64,000 nt of DNA from IMG/VR virus record IMGVR_UViG_3300021962_008356, positions 1,446-65,445 of that record. One strand, given 5' to 3'. This stretch comes from a virus. Taxonomy: Duplodnaviria > Caudoviricetes. Numbering within the stretch: the first letter of the stretch is position 1; every line of letters starts with the position of its first letter. Below are positions 38,279 to 48,147 of the stretch, in pieces. The position numbers were made by a program, and so were the translations under genes. The notes under the pieces are model-generated. The model had not been told where the DNA came from. It searched no databases and was given only the letters and a program-made list of their open reading frames with translations.

Positions 38279-40516
38279 ATGGTTAGTGCATATCCGATCA
38301 AAATAGGAGGCTCCGAGTATATGGTGAGCGGCTTCGGTGATAGACTGGGGACGCCACCATCTGCTCGGGGCTTCAACCTTAAAGCATTTTCTTTGGGGTT
38401 GAAGAAGTATGAAACCGTGTATCAAGCAACCGAAGAAAACGGTTATGCTTTTATCATTTATGCTGACGGTGATAAAAAGTTGATACTCAAAGGTGGTCAA
38501 GGATCGGATCACAAAGAAACTGTTTTGGCAGGCAGCAAAGAACTACAAGACATACGCAAGCAACAATATGCTGATCAAGATGACATGAACTTCTTGAGGC
38601 GAATTTGTTTGAGCGGTCGTGCTTGGTTGGTTGATCTCAAAGGCAAGAAGTATTATTTTGTTGGTATTTGGAACACCAGCATTACTCCAGAGCAAAATGC
38701 AGCGTTGAAAGAGTATTTGACCAAGTTTCCTAAAGACGCCACCTATATTCAAATGGGTCATTTGGGCAGCGATGCTTCCAGCAAGTTTGGGTTGGTAGGA
38801 TCGTTTTCTCCAAAGATTGTGGCTGCAAAAGAACCACAAAAGAAGTTGAGCAAGAAAGAAAAGGACTTTATCAATCAAGCTCACATGCGCACAACACAGC
38901 TTCCAGCAGCATACGCCAAACAACTACAAAGACTTAAAGGTATGAGTGAACAAAACAAAGACGTTGGTATGTCGGACTATTACGCATACAAGAGATATCA
39001 GCAAATTGCTACCCAAATGATTCCCAAGCTTGAAAAGATCAAAGCTTTGGGCAAAGCCAAAACTCCAGTGGCAGACATTGTGACTCAAAGTGCAGTTACT
39101 AGTATTATTATTGGTTTGGGCAACAGCAATCCACAATTAAAGTCCAAACTGGAAAGTTTGTTGAAATATACGTTCACTTATCAAGACTTGACAAAGCTAC
39201 ATACCAAAGGAAGAATTGATGGATTGAATTGGAGAGATACCTCGTATGATGGTATCAAAGAAAATGCAGAGATGGCACAAAGTGATGTTACCAAGCTAAT
39301 CGACTATAGCAATAAATTGCAATCGATGTTTGATGTCAACGACAACCTTGAGGATTGGGTAAAAGCCAAACTGAATCATGCTGCTGATTATGTAGCCACT
39401 GTGCGAGACTATTTGAAGTTTTATCGCAGCGAAAAAGATGCAGGCACCCCAGAAGATCAAATTGACGAAAAGTGGAGCAATCACTACAAGAAAAGCATCA
39501 ATTGCAGCAATCCAAAAGGCTTTAGCCAAAAGGCACATTGTCGAGCACGTAAACTAAGACAAGCTGGTAAACACACCAGCAGCAAGCCAGTTCGTGAAGT
39601 ATACCGAGAAGTAACCAATCAGTTGTTGAAAGAGTTCAATAGCAGCATGGCTATGGGAGCACTAAAACAAATCAACAGTGACGCTACCGAGTTGGAATCA
39701 ATGCTGCAACCAGACACCAAGCTGGAAGATTGGGTGAAAGCCAAGTTGAATCTTGCTGGTGAATATCTTGATGATGTTTATCATCATTTGGATCATTTTG
39801 GACCAGAAGGCAGAAAGCTTGATGAAGTAAGAGTTGCCCGTGACCTTGAAGAAGGTTGGAAAGACTGGGTAGCTGCTGGCGCAATTGGTTTGGGAACATT
39901 GGCTGGTAGTCCAGCATTGGCAGCAAAACAAGCTGTAAAACCCGCTATCACGCAACAAGCTTCCAAACCTAAATCGGCAGAAACTTCCTTGTTGAACAAG
40001 AAAACAAGCGATTATATTGGTCAATGGGAAGGTAAGCGCAACACAATGTATTTGGATACAGAAAAGAAGCCAACAATTGGTATTGGACATTATCTGACCA
40101 ACACACAACAAGATCGTGATTTATTCAAATCACTGTTTGGCAACGCTGTAAATTACGATGCGGTTTTGAAGGGTAAACAAAAACTCACAGACGATCAAAT
40201 TGAAAAACTTTTCAATGTGGATGTGAAAGTCAAAGAACGCTTGGCAAGCAACAAGATCAGCAACTTTTCATCGTTCCCACAATATGTCAAGAATGCAATC
40301 ATCAATGCGTTTTATCGTGGCGACATGGGACCAAAAACCATTAAATTGATGAATAGTGGCAACTGGGGTGCTGCCGCCAAAGAATATTTGAATCATCAAA
40401 ATGCTCGTAGCGGACCAGACCAAATTCAACGTCGCATGAAAACAAACGCTTTGGCATTTGCACAATATGCCAAGAACAAGAATGAGTATTTTGGATTCAA
40501 CTACGCAATAGGATAA
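38279..40516 (+). CDS. modular protein with C-terminal GH24 lysozyme
   Basis: WEG..MYLD..KPTIGIGH (E-x8-D-x5-T); two LEDWVKAKLN repeats; SINCSNPKGFSQKAHC module. Confidence 0.8.
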   Translation: MVSAYPIKIGGSEYMVSGFGDRLGTPPSARGFNLKAFSLGLKKYETVYQATEENGYAFIIYADGDKKLILKGGQGSDHKETVLAGSKELQDIRKQQYADQDDMNFLRRICLSGRAWLVDLKGKKYYFVGIWNTSITPEQNAALKEYLTKFPKDATYIQMGHLGSDASSKFGLVGSFSPKIVAAKEPQKKLSKKEKDFINQAHMRTTQLPAAYAKQLQRLKGMSEQNKDVGMSDYYAYKRYQQIATQMIPKLEKIKALGKAKTPVADIVTQSAVTSIIIGLGNSNPQLKSKLESLLKYTFTYQDLTKLHTKGRIDGLNWRDTSYDGIKENAEMAQSDVTKLIDYSNKLQSMFDVNDNLEDWVKAKLNHAADYVATVRDYLKFYRSEKDAGTPEDQIDEKWSNHYKKSINCSNPKGFSQKAHCRARKLRQAGKHTSSKPVREVYREVTNQLLKEFNSSMAMGALKQINSDATELESMLQPDTKLEDWVKAKLNLAGEYLDDVYHHLDHFGPEGRKLDEVRVARDLEEGWKDWVAAGAIGLGTLAGSPALAAKQAVKPAITQQASKPKSAETSLLNKKTSDYIGQWEGKRNTMYLDTEKKPTIGIGHYLTNTQQDRDLFKSLFGNAVNYDAVLKGKQKLTDDQIEKLFNVDVKVKERLASNKISNFSSFPQYVKNAIINAFYRGDMGPKTIKLMNSGNWGAAAKEYLNHQNARSGPDQIQRRMKTNALAFAQYAKNKNEYFGFNYAIG

Positions 40517-40520
40517 GTTT

Positions 40521-40895
40521 ATGAGTGACGGTTGGAGAACAATGAATGCGGGTCATTTGAGCACTATGGTTCAAATGAGTGCCTTGCAATCAAGTGCGGG
40601 ATCTATTCGTAAACCTGGCACTGCTGCCACCAACGGATTTGATCCTTACCAAGCCATGCTAAAACGTCGCCAAAGGGCCGTAGATGGCGATACAAGCGAT
40701 TATAAAGAGCCAGAGGTGGTACAACATGCCTCAGAGGATGTAAAGGCTTTGGAGGAATTTTGTCAACAATACGGAATTCTTGGTTTTAATTGTGGGCGCA
40801 TGTCGCCCCGAGCAGCACTGCAAATGCTAAAAAGCAGAATGGGCGTTCTTGATAAAACGCCCATTCCGATGAAACGCCAAATGTTGAATGGCTAA
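40521..40895 (+). CDS. hypothetical protein
   Basis: Full ORF following lysozyme gene. Confidence 0.6.
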   Translation: MSDGWRTMNAGHLSTMVQMSALQSSAGSIRKPGTAATNGFDPYQAMLKRRQRAVDGDTSDYKEPEVVQHASEDVKALEEFCQQYGILGFNCGRMSPRAALQMLKSRMGVLDKTPIPMKRQMLNG

Positions 40896-40898
40896 ACT

Positions 40899-41159
40899 TT
40901 ACTGAATCTGAATCTTGGGAGTTTTAAGCTCCGAAGGCAACAGTTCTTGCAGCGGTTCCAAACAGTTCACACAATACGGAATATTGATAGGAACCAATGC
41001 GTCCTTGTCAGTACCAGCCAGAATCTTGCTGACTTTTCTGAAAATAACGCCGTTTTGAAACACTGTGTTTTTGCACTCTGGACACTCTACCGCAGTAGTA
41101 TCCTTGATGGTGAAGTTTTGCTTGGGTTGCGGTAGGTTCATTCCTTCGATTCTATTCAT
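40899..41159 (-). CDS. small zinc-ribbon protein
   Basis: CPEC...CVNC. Confidence 0.7.
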   Translation of the reverse strand: MNRIEGMNLPQPKQNFTIKDTTAVECPECKNTVFQNGVIFRKVSKILAGTDKDALVPINIPYCVNCLEPLQELLPSELKTPKIQIQ

Positions 41160-41165
41160 AGTTTG

Positions 41166-41828
41166 TTACTTGGTTGGTTCTTTTAGAGCTTCTTGTTGTT
41201 CCTTCAAGTCAGCAGCACAATAGCTCAATACTGCGGAGCTTGCATCTGCACAAGCACGATAACTGACCGTAGCATTGTTGAGCGAATCCCACACACCTTT
41301 GATACCACGGCTGTTGTTGGCATAGGTCATGGTTGAATCGCTTGCAATACCGAGCGTACCACCAACTGCCCATGCATCTTGATTGCTGCCAAGATAGGTA
41401 AACTGCCAGTTGTATTTGTTGGTTTGTTGCTTGACCAGTTCTTGCACCTTTTGTGCAGTAAACTCTTGGCTACTGTTCTCCAGACCGTCGGTAATAATCA
41501 CCATCATAACACGATCTGGACGATCATCTTCATGCAGCTTTGCCAGTTGGTCGCCAACAGTATTGATGGTCTTACCAACAGCGTCATACAATGCTGTCAT
41601 GTTTCGTGGAATCAAGTTGTACTCTGGTACGTCAGCAATGTCTTTGTTTTCAAACACTGCTTCGTAGTGATCGTCAAACTGATATACGCTAACATCACAC
41701 TTGCCCAGCTTGGCTTTCTTTTGTTCAGCGATAAACGTTTTGAAGCCGCCTTCCATATCTGACTTGATCTTGGACATGCTGCCGCTTCTATCAACTACAA
41801 ACACAATCTTTGTGTAATTCTTTCTCAT
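41166..41828 (-). CDS. von Willebrand factor A domain protein
   Basis: DRSGSM MIDAS, TALYDA, IITDGLENSS. Confidence 0.92.
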   Translation of the reverse strand: MRKNYTKIVFVVDRSGSMSKIKSDMEGGFKTFIAEQKKAKLGKCDVSVYQFDDHYEAVFENKDIADVPEYNLIPRNMTALYDAVGKTINTVGDQLAKLHEDDRPDRVMMVIITDGLENSSQEFTAQKVQELVKQQTNKYNWQFTYLGSNQDAWAVGGTLGIASDSTMTYANNSRGIKGVWDSLNNATVSYRACADASSAVLSYCAADLKEQQEALKEPTK

Positions 41829-42226
41829 ACTTTTGCTTTTTGTTTTCTTTGGTAATCTTCCAGTGCGGCTTTTAATGCTTCTTCAGCCAAAACACTACAA
41901 TGTATTTTTACTGGTGGAAGTCCACCCAAAGCTTCAACAATTTGATCGTTGTTGAAATTTTTTTGTAGATCATCAACGCTTCTACCTTTAATAAGTTCGG
42001 TAGCCATTGATGATGCCGCTATGGCACTACCGCAACCAAATGTTTTGAATCTTGCATCCGTTACGGTTTTTGTGGCGTCATCAATTTTGAGAGTAATCTT
42101 CATGATGTCACCACACGCTGCTGCACCTACTTCTCCAATTGCGTCTGCATCTTTTATGTCACCCATGTTTCGTGGGTTCATAAAATGATCCATTACAGTA
42201 TTGTTGTAAAGTGTATAGCTCTCCAT
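41825..42226 (-). CDS. iscU: Fe-S cluster scaffold IscU/NifU N-terminal type
   Basis: DHFMNPRNMG, CGD, FKTFGCGSAIA, LPPVKIHCS; three conserved Cys. Confidence 0.93.
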   Translation of the reverse strand: MESYTLYNNTVMDHFMNPRNMGDIKDADAIGEVGAAACGDIMKITLKIDDATKTVTDARFKTFGCGSAIAASSMATELIKGRSVDDLQKNFNNDQIVEALGGLPPVKIHCSVLAEEALKAALEDYQRKQKAKV

Positions 42227-42236
42227 ACACCAATAA

Positions 42237-43451
42237 CTATACACTTAGTCCAATTTGAGTCAAGTCATTTTCGACCATCTTAGTGACCAAATTTTCAAAC
42301 GTGGTTTTTGGATTCCACTGTAGATCTTTACGTGCTCGGTTGCTATTTCCTAGCAATAAATCAACCTCGGCTGGACGATAAAACTTTGGATTAATTCTAA
42401 CAAGTACACTAGCCGCAGCATCGTGCTTTTCAACGGCAGTGGGGGTTAAACTAAATTCTTCGCTTGTTCCATGACCATGCCATGCTCCTTCAATACCAGC
42501 AGCTTTGAATGCCAGTTCAACAAACTCTTTGATGGTATGAGTTTCGTTGCTGCTCAACACATATTCTTTGAGATTCTTTACCACAGTATCGTGCCATGCT
42601 GGATTGATGTCTCTTGGCAAACACAACGAGCCAGACTTATCATAGTCCTTTATCAAAGCTTCAACATCGGTACGATACACGTCTTGGTTAAGCATTCGCC
42701 AAATACCATCCACAAAGTCTTCGGCATCGCTCCAATCACGCTTGGCATACACATTACCAAGTTCAATAGCAGGAAACACTTCTTTGGTCAACAAAGACTG
42801 CTTGATACGTGCTACTCCCTTGGTAATCTTACGAGTCACAAACTCTTCACCACGACGAGTTCCTTCGTGGTTGAACAACAAACCTTGAACAGCATACATG
42901 TTGTAGCTTTCACGATACACCTTCACCAACTGACGTGCAGCACTCTTGCTGGCACCGTATGGACTACGAGGACGTGCTGGATGTTCTTCGTCTTGAGGAG
43001 TGTAAGCTACGTTGCCATACTCTTCGCTACTACCAGCATTGTAGAATCTACAACTACGCTTGTGTTGACGAATAGCTTCCAGAATATGAATCACACCAGT
43101 GGTGTTACATTCCCAAGTTTGTGCTGGAAAGTCCCAACTGCTGCCAACGAATGTTTGAGCAGCTAGGTTGATGAAATAGTCTGGCTGTAATTGTTCAATG
43201 GTTTTGCTGATGCTGTGTGCATCACTCAGATCAAAGTTGACCAGCTTAAACCTAGGCTCGTTTTCAAGGTGCTTGATATTTTCGTGGTTTTTGATACTGA
43301 GGCGTCGTGCTCCACCAAAAATGGTATGGTCGGTATTTTTTAGCAAATAGTCAACCATATGACTACCATCTTGACCAGTAACGCCTGTTACAAATACAGT
43401 CTTCTTGTTGTTCATAAATTGTTTGGCATCCGTGATGTTAAGTATATCCAT
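42237..43451 (-). CDS. gmd: GDP-mannose 4,6-dehydratase
   Basis: TGVTGQDGS, NLAAQ, SSEEYG, PRSPYGASK, FNHE, FVTRKIT, RDW, RPAEV. Confidence 0.95.
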   Translation of the reverse strand: MDILNITDAKQFMNNKKTVFVTGVTGQDGSHMVDYLLKNTDHTIFGGARRLSIKNHENIKHLENEPRFKLVNFDLSDAHSISKTIEQLQPDYFINLAAQTFVGSSWDFPAQTWECNTTGVIHILEAIRQHKRSCRFYNAGSSEEYGNVAYTPQDEEHPARPRSPYGASKSAARQLVKVYRESYNMYAVQGLLFNHEGTRRGEEFVTRKITKGVARIKQSLLTKEVFPAIELGNVYAKRDWSDAEDFVDGIWRMLNQDVYRTDVEALIKDYDKSGSLCLPRDINPAWHDTVVKNLKEYVLSSNETHTIKEFVELAFKAAGIEGAWHGHGTSEEFSLTPTAVEKHDAAASVLVRINPKFYRPAEVDLLLGNSNRARKDLQWNPKTTFENLVTKMVENDLTQIGLSV

Positions 43452-43462
43452 AAGTTTGCTCC

Positions 43463-43969
43463 TCAGACAAGATTATCGTCATCTTCGTCGTCGTCTTCAT
43501 TTACATAGTCATCGCCAGACAAAGGACGTAATTTATATTTTTTGTTGAACTCAATTATATCTTGATTGGTGATTTTGTTCTCCATCAATAGTATCTGTAG
43601 AAATATCAAAATCAGTTCTTTGTTGAACTTTTCTTTGTGCAACATTTTGTTGGTGGCGAACGACATACCCACAATTTTTTGCTTTAGTTTGTCGGGAATG
43701 TTTTTGAACGGATCGCTCATTCGTTTGCTTGTTACATTTCCAGCTTGATCAGTTTTATTTACAATCAACCCTGGTATGGTATCAAAATGCATGGTGTTGC
43801 GCATTTTTAGCAATATCATTTGCTGTAGCTTTTCTTTGATTTCATCAGTATTGCTACAAGTCTTTTTAAGCTCTGCTCGTATCTTTTTGATATCGCTTTG
43901 CTTGACTTTTCTTGCAATATTGAATGCAGTCAGTACACCGTGTTTTGATAGTATGTGATCAAATTGCAT
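43463..43969 (-). CDS. hypothetical protein
   Basis: Full ORF, acidic tail. Confidence 0.6.
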   Translation of the reverse strand: MQFDHILSKHGVLTAFNIARKVKQSDIKKIRAELKKTCSNTDEIKEKLQQMILLKMRNTMHFDTIPGLIVNKTDQAGNVTSKRMSDPFKNIPDKLKQKIVGMSFATNKMLHKEKFNKELILIFLQILLMENKITNQDIIEFNKKYKLRPLSGDDYVNEDDDEDDDNLV

Positions 43970-43971
43970 GT

Positions 43972-44733
43972 CTAGAACCTTTGTCGTAGTATTTTTTTAC
44001 TATCTTGTAGTATATCTGGATCAAATATCTTTGGTCCTTTGCTGATATAGCCTTTGCCACATGTGAATGTGCAGTTGTAGCATAGCAGTTTCAAATTCTC
44101 CAACTTGTGGTTTTTGTTGTTGCCATCTTCAAAGTTTAGCAACAATGGCAATTTACCATCTGTAATTCTGCGTTGACCATATCCGCATTGCTCGCACTCT
44201 GGTTTTTTTGTACCAGATCTTATCAATTTATCTTTGAGTCGATGTACTGGAAACTCTGGATGCAATCCTTGAAGTATGTCTGCCAGTGGGTATTTTCCTT
44301 TGTGTGGATCTATTGGACCTCTACCAAGTTCATGTGGTTCTTTCTTTTTGATAGGCCAACCAGGCGTTTTATGTATGCCGTATAGTCGTGCGTATTTTTT
44401 GAAGGTGGGATAGCTTACTCCCAAACGCCGTGCTGCTTTTTTAGCACTGCTGCTTTTGTCAAGTGCTTCTTGCACTTCGTGTTGCAGCAGTGGTTTGGTT
44501 TGAGGTCCGTGATTTTCACGTTTTGGATACAACTGCTCGCTGAACTCTTTGTCCAAGTGTGGTATTTCCACACCACGTTCTTTGAGAATTTTGTATTGAT
44601 CCAACTCTTGACGTACTTCGTCACCAATGTTACTGAGACTATATAGCTTTTCTACTTTATCTTTGAGTGCTTCAAGCTCGGCAAGTTTTTGGGTTATTTC
44701 TGCTACATCGAATAATTTTTGCGGTCCACTCAT
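43972..44733 (-). CDS. HTH + HNH-like Zn-binding protein
   Basis: AARRLGVSYPTF; CEQC...DGNNKN..LENL..LCYNC. Confidence 0.7.
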   Translation of the reverse strand: MSGPQKLFDVAEITQKLAELEALKDKVEKLYSLSNIGDEVRQELDQYKILKERGVEIPHLDKEFSEQLYPKRENHGPQTKPLLQHEVQEALDKSSSAKKAARRLGVSYPTFKKYARLYGIHKTPGWPIKKKEPHELGRGPIDPHKGKYPLADILQGLHPEFPVHRLKDKLIRSGTKKPECEQCGYGQRRITDGKLPLLLNFEDGNNKNHKLENLKLLCYNCTFTCGKGYISKGPKIFDPDILQDSKKILRQRF

Positions 44734-44736
44734 AAA

Positions 44737-45096
44737 TTACATCCTTTTGAGTGACGCAGACATAGGTTCTGTGGCCAAATCTACTTCAATGTTTTTCATA
44801 AACGTATCTCGCAACAATGCTGCTCTGGCTGGCATACCAGCATTGAGCAACACTTTGTATGTGTTGATATAGCGTTCTTGACTGGATGTGTTATCCAGAT
44901 TTTTACACACCATTACTGGATTAACATGCAAGTCGTCATAGGGCTGCAATGTTTGAACTTTTTGTTCCATTGCTTGGGTACATGCTTCAATATAAGGATC
45001 ATCGAAAATATCATGATTCACTTTGACGCATGTATACCAGTCACCAGTCAAAACTTTGTAGTTGCCAATATTGCTATTGTTTGTTTTCTTTGACAT
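44737..45096 (-). CDS. hypothetical protein (similar to 54629..55114)
   Basis: YKV...W...IEACTQAME...LLNAG. Confidence 0.6.
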   Translation of the reverse strand: MSKKTNNSNIGNYKVLTGDWYTCVKVNHDIFDDPYIEACTQAMEQKVQTLQPYDDLHVNPVMVCKNLDNTSSQERYINTYKVLLNAGMPARAALLRDTFMKNIEVDLATEPMSASLKRM

Positions 45097-46699
45097 AGGT
45101 TAAATCTCCATCATTCAATAAGTCTAGGTTTTCTAGTTTCTGATTAACTATTTTGCATACTTGTTCTTCGACTGTATTCGCTACGAACACAATCTTTTGT
45201 ACGCTCTTTGTTTTTGCACTATCACGCCATACACGACCCGTGCTTTGACGCATCAACACAGCAGAATATGATGGGCATATCAATGCCAATCGTGCATACG
45301 TGCCGTTCAAGTCATGCAAACTTAGACCAGCACCTCCTGCCGCAATGTTCACCAAAATTACTCGCTCTTTGTCGGCTTGAAAATCGTCAATTGCTTGCTG
45401 ACGCTTTTTGTCGCTAACAACACCATTCACAATACATTTGGTATTGAGACGTTCGCTCAATGCATTGATGGTTTCTGTGAAATTGCAGAATACCACGATG
45501 CTCATATTGTTTTCCAAACCGTCTTCAATCATTTCCAACAACAATGGAACTTTCAACATTTCCACTTTTTGACGAGCACGTAGTATCGCAGTCAGTTCGG
45601 TGCTCTTTTTGTCTTTCTTTACCAATCTTTCAAGTCTCAAAAGCTCAAGACGCATTTCATCATAAGCAGCATTGATTTTCTTTTGAGCTTCTTCTTCCAT
45701 GTCATAGCACTCGGCAATGATTTCACTGACTGGAAAGTTGGGAATAGTATCACGGCTCAAACGTACACCACGGTTTACAAAAATGTCTTCGTGAAGTTTC
45801 TTAAGAGCAGTTTTGTCGCCAGTAAACTCCATACCAAAGCGTCCACGAATCACGCCATGTTTGTATGCCCAATCGTAATACTGCTGATTGTTTTTGAATA
45901 GCTTGATGCCTTGACCAACCGTGCGCAACTCAAGAGGATTGGTTGCCATGGTAGCACTGCAAAACAACATTTTGTAGCCAGCCTTGAGAGCAGCAATGCA
46001 AGTTTCACTGTTTTTGGTTTTGGCGTTTTTGAGCTTTTGTGCTTCATCCCACACAATCAATGTGTTTTTGGGAACCTTCCACACAAACTCTTTTCTGCGA
46101 GTGTCACGACGTTTGACATAGCTGGCAATCAAACTGTCTGTTTTACCGATGCGTAGGCTTTCATAGTTAATGACAGCTATACACTTACCCCACATTTTGA
46201 AGTGGTTCTTGAGTACACGCCTCCAGCTTTCCATAACAGCCTTTGGACATACAACCAATATGTCCATATTCAACTCTCTGGCAACAGCACATGCAGTATA
46301 GGTTTTGCCTACCCCCACGTCGCTTCCATCAACGGCAGCACCCCATTTTTGTATGGATGCCACGATCTTGCTTACAGCATCGACTTGCCAAGGACGCAGA
46401 CCATCCTTGTGTTTTACTTCATAGTGAGGTAGTGGTTCCACCTTTTTGTCTGGAGTTGTTCCAGCGGTGGATTTGTTGGAAAACTCTTCTGGGCTAGATT
46501 TTGACTCAATCAATACCCAATGTTCGTCTCGCTTCAATACGGCAAAACCTTTGTCTTTCATGGCAAACTTGTTGACTTTCCACCATGAAAAAAAGTGTGG
46601 ACGGTATTGAATCGGAATTACCCACTCACGTATATAGTAGGTTTGTCCGTCGGCGTCGTACTTAATTGGATCTGACCATTTAATGTCAAGATTTATCAT
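45074..46699 (-). CDS. SF2 (SNF2/HARP-like) helicase
   Basis: LRPWQ, GVGKT, DEAQ, SAT, AGGAGLSL, QSTGRVWR. Confidence 0.9.
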   Translation of the reverse strand: MINLDIKWSDPIKYDADGQTYYIREWVIPIQYRPHFFSWWKVNKFAMKDKGFAVLKRDEHWVLIESKSSPEEFSNKSTAGTTPDKKVEPLPHYEVKHKDGLRPWQVDAVSKIVASIQKWGAAVDGSDVGVGKTYTACAVARELNMDILVVCPKAVMESWRRVLKNHFKMWGKCIAVINYESLRIGKTDSLIASYVKRRDTRRKEFVWKVPKNTLIVWDEAQKLKNAKTKNSETCIAALKAGYKMLFCSATMATNPLELRTVGQGIKLFKNNQQYYDWAYKHGVIRGRFGMEFTGDKTALKKLHEDIFVNRGVRLSRDTIPNFPVSEIIAECYDMEEEAQKKINAAYDEMRLELLRLERLVKKDKKSTELTAILRARQKVEMLKVPLLLEMIEDGLENNMSIVVFCNFTETINALSERLNTKCIVNGVVSDKKRQQAIDDFQADKERVILVNIAAGGAGLSLHDLNGTYARLALICPSYSAVLMRQSTGRVWRDSAKTKSVQKIVFVANTVEEQVCKIVNQKLENLDLLNDGDLTYVKENKQ

Positions 46700-46705
46700 A
46701 TCCCA

Positions 46706-47008
46706 TCAGTCGCCCATCTCATTGCGATACTTGGCGTTACGAGCGTGTTCGTGAATATTGCAACGCTTATAACGACCTTCTTTGTTGATCACACCAATCT
46801 CAAGCTTGTCAGCCATCAATTCGGTAAAATATACACCTTGTGGATCATCATAACCATGTCCCAAGCTCACCATTTCCAACATAAAACCCTTGCGGTCTTG
46901 TCGGGTAATCTTGCGGCATAGTTGCTCAAGTGTGGCTACAACTTCTGGCACTGTTGAACATTGCCATACTGTATTCTTTGCATTGTCTTTGATATAGTAA
47001 CGACTCAT
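46706..47008 (-). CDS. hypothetical protein
   Basis: Full ORF co-oriented with helicase. Confidence 0.6.
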   Translation of the reverse strand: MSRYYIKDNAKNTVWQCSTVPEVVATLEQLCRKITRQDRKGFMLEMVSLGHGYDDPQGVYFTELMADKLEIGVINKEGRYKRCNIHEHARNAKYRNEMGD

Positions 47009-47082
47009 AATATGAACTTATTTTTACCCTATAAATAGGCGTAAAGCAAGAACTATTCATATTATAATTTCAATTGAAACTG

Positions 47083-47454
47083 TTAGTCGTTTTCAATTGG
47101 TACTGGTGAATACATGTCTCGCTCGGTTTGACTACGAGTGGTTTCAAGATACTGTATCAGTCTATTGAATAGATCGTTGGCTATTTCTTCGATCCAGTCA
47201 TTTGCTTTGTAGTCGGTGGTACTTAAACCTGCGTGAATAGAACGAATGTTGCCTTTGGCGAATTCATTGCGTAGAAACTGAATAAGATCTTGACGAAACG
47301 CTTTACCGTGTTCGATTTGGAATATCTCATGTAAAGGCTGTTGTTGTTTGCGAATCGCCAACCATTTGGATACAGCGGTTTTCAATCCTACGATGCGTGG
47401 TTTTCCACGATACACTTGATTGATGCTGCGTTCATATTTACGATAGATATCCAT
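47083..47454 (-). CDS. hypothetical protein
   Basis: ORF preceded by CTATTTAT element. Confidence 0.6.
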   Translation of the reverse strand: MDIYRKYERSINQVYRGKPRIVGLKTAVSKWLAIRKQQQPLHEIFQIEHGKAFRQDLIQFLRNEFAKGNIRSIHAGLSTTDYKANDWIEEIANDLFNRLIQYLETTRSQTERDMYSPVPIEND

Positions 47455-47547
47455 GTTCTAGTATAAATAGAAAAAGATAAACGTAGATTGCGGTGAAATT
47501 CTGATAAATCCAGACGCTTGCTGATATTTATATTTACTACGTGATAT

Positions 47548-47931
47548 ATGCCACTAAAATATGACATCGTAATTCCGCAACGTGACCCGTTGAACACAAA
47601 GTTCTTGGAGCGTGTCATTTCGGGATCAAATTTGATTCTGCAAACCAACGCTGAAGGTGTGTTGGTTGGTAGCACTAACCTACCCCCTTACAACTTTTCT
47701 GGCAGCGCAATCAGTGCATCTGGTTTGTTTGTACAAGGTCCAACCACTTTACAAGGACCGCTTACAGCACAAACTGGTTCGTTTACCAGTATCGTTTTCA
47801 ACGCTGGAGCAATTCCACCAGCAACCAGCAATTCGTTTGGCTTTCCAGGCGAACTAAGAACTGATGACAATTTTCTGTATTTGCATCTAAACGGAAAGTG
47901 GAAACGTGCTCCGTTCAATCTATTCAACTGA
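47548..47931 (+). CDS. putative virion/fibre-type protein
   Basis: SGS/TGS-rich; C-terminal P..S..G.PGELRTDDNFLYL...WKR motif seen in phage fibre-like proteins. Confidence 0.5.
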   Translation: MPLKYDIVIPQRDPLNTKFLERVISGSNLILQTNAEGVLVGSTNLPPYNFSGSAISASGLFVQGPTTLQGPLTAQTGSFTSIVFNAGAIPPATSNSFGFPGELRTDDNFLYLHLNGKWKRAPFNLFN

Positions 47932-48105
47932 GAAAAAGTTGACGGTAAAGTTTCGCATCATATTGTTGAAAAATCTCTCAACGGACTTGCGGTGCGGAAT
48001 GCGTTTGCGAGTTTCTTTCAAATAGAATTTAACCAAATCTGGAGAAAGTTCTATTGTTTCTCCATCGACGGTTATTTGCATTGGTTTACGACGATGCGAG
48101 GGCAT
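47920..48105 (-). CDS. small hypothetical protein
   Basis: 61 aa ORF filling gap. Confidence 0.5.
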   Translation of the reverse strand: MPSHRRKPMQITVDGETIELSPDLVKFYLKETRKRIPHRKSVERFFNNMMRNFTVNFFSVE

Positions 48106-48147
48106 ATTATTACATATACCCTCGCATCTGGAAACGTTTTGAAAAAC

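Noticed and set aside
42471-43166. 231-aa plus-strand ORF, and similar shadows such as 425..970, 7265..7834 and 15391..15918
   Set aside because: Antisense to well-supported genes with no recognisable motifs
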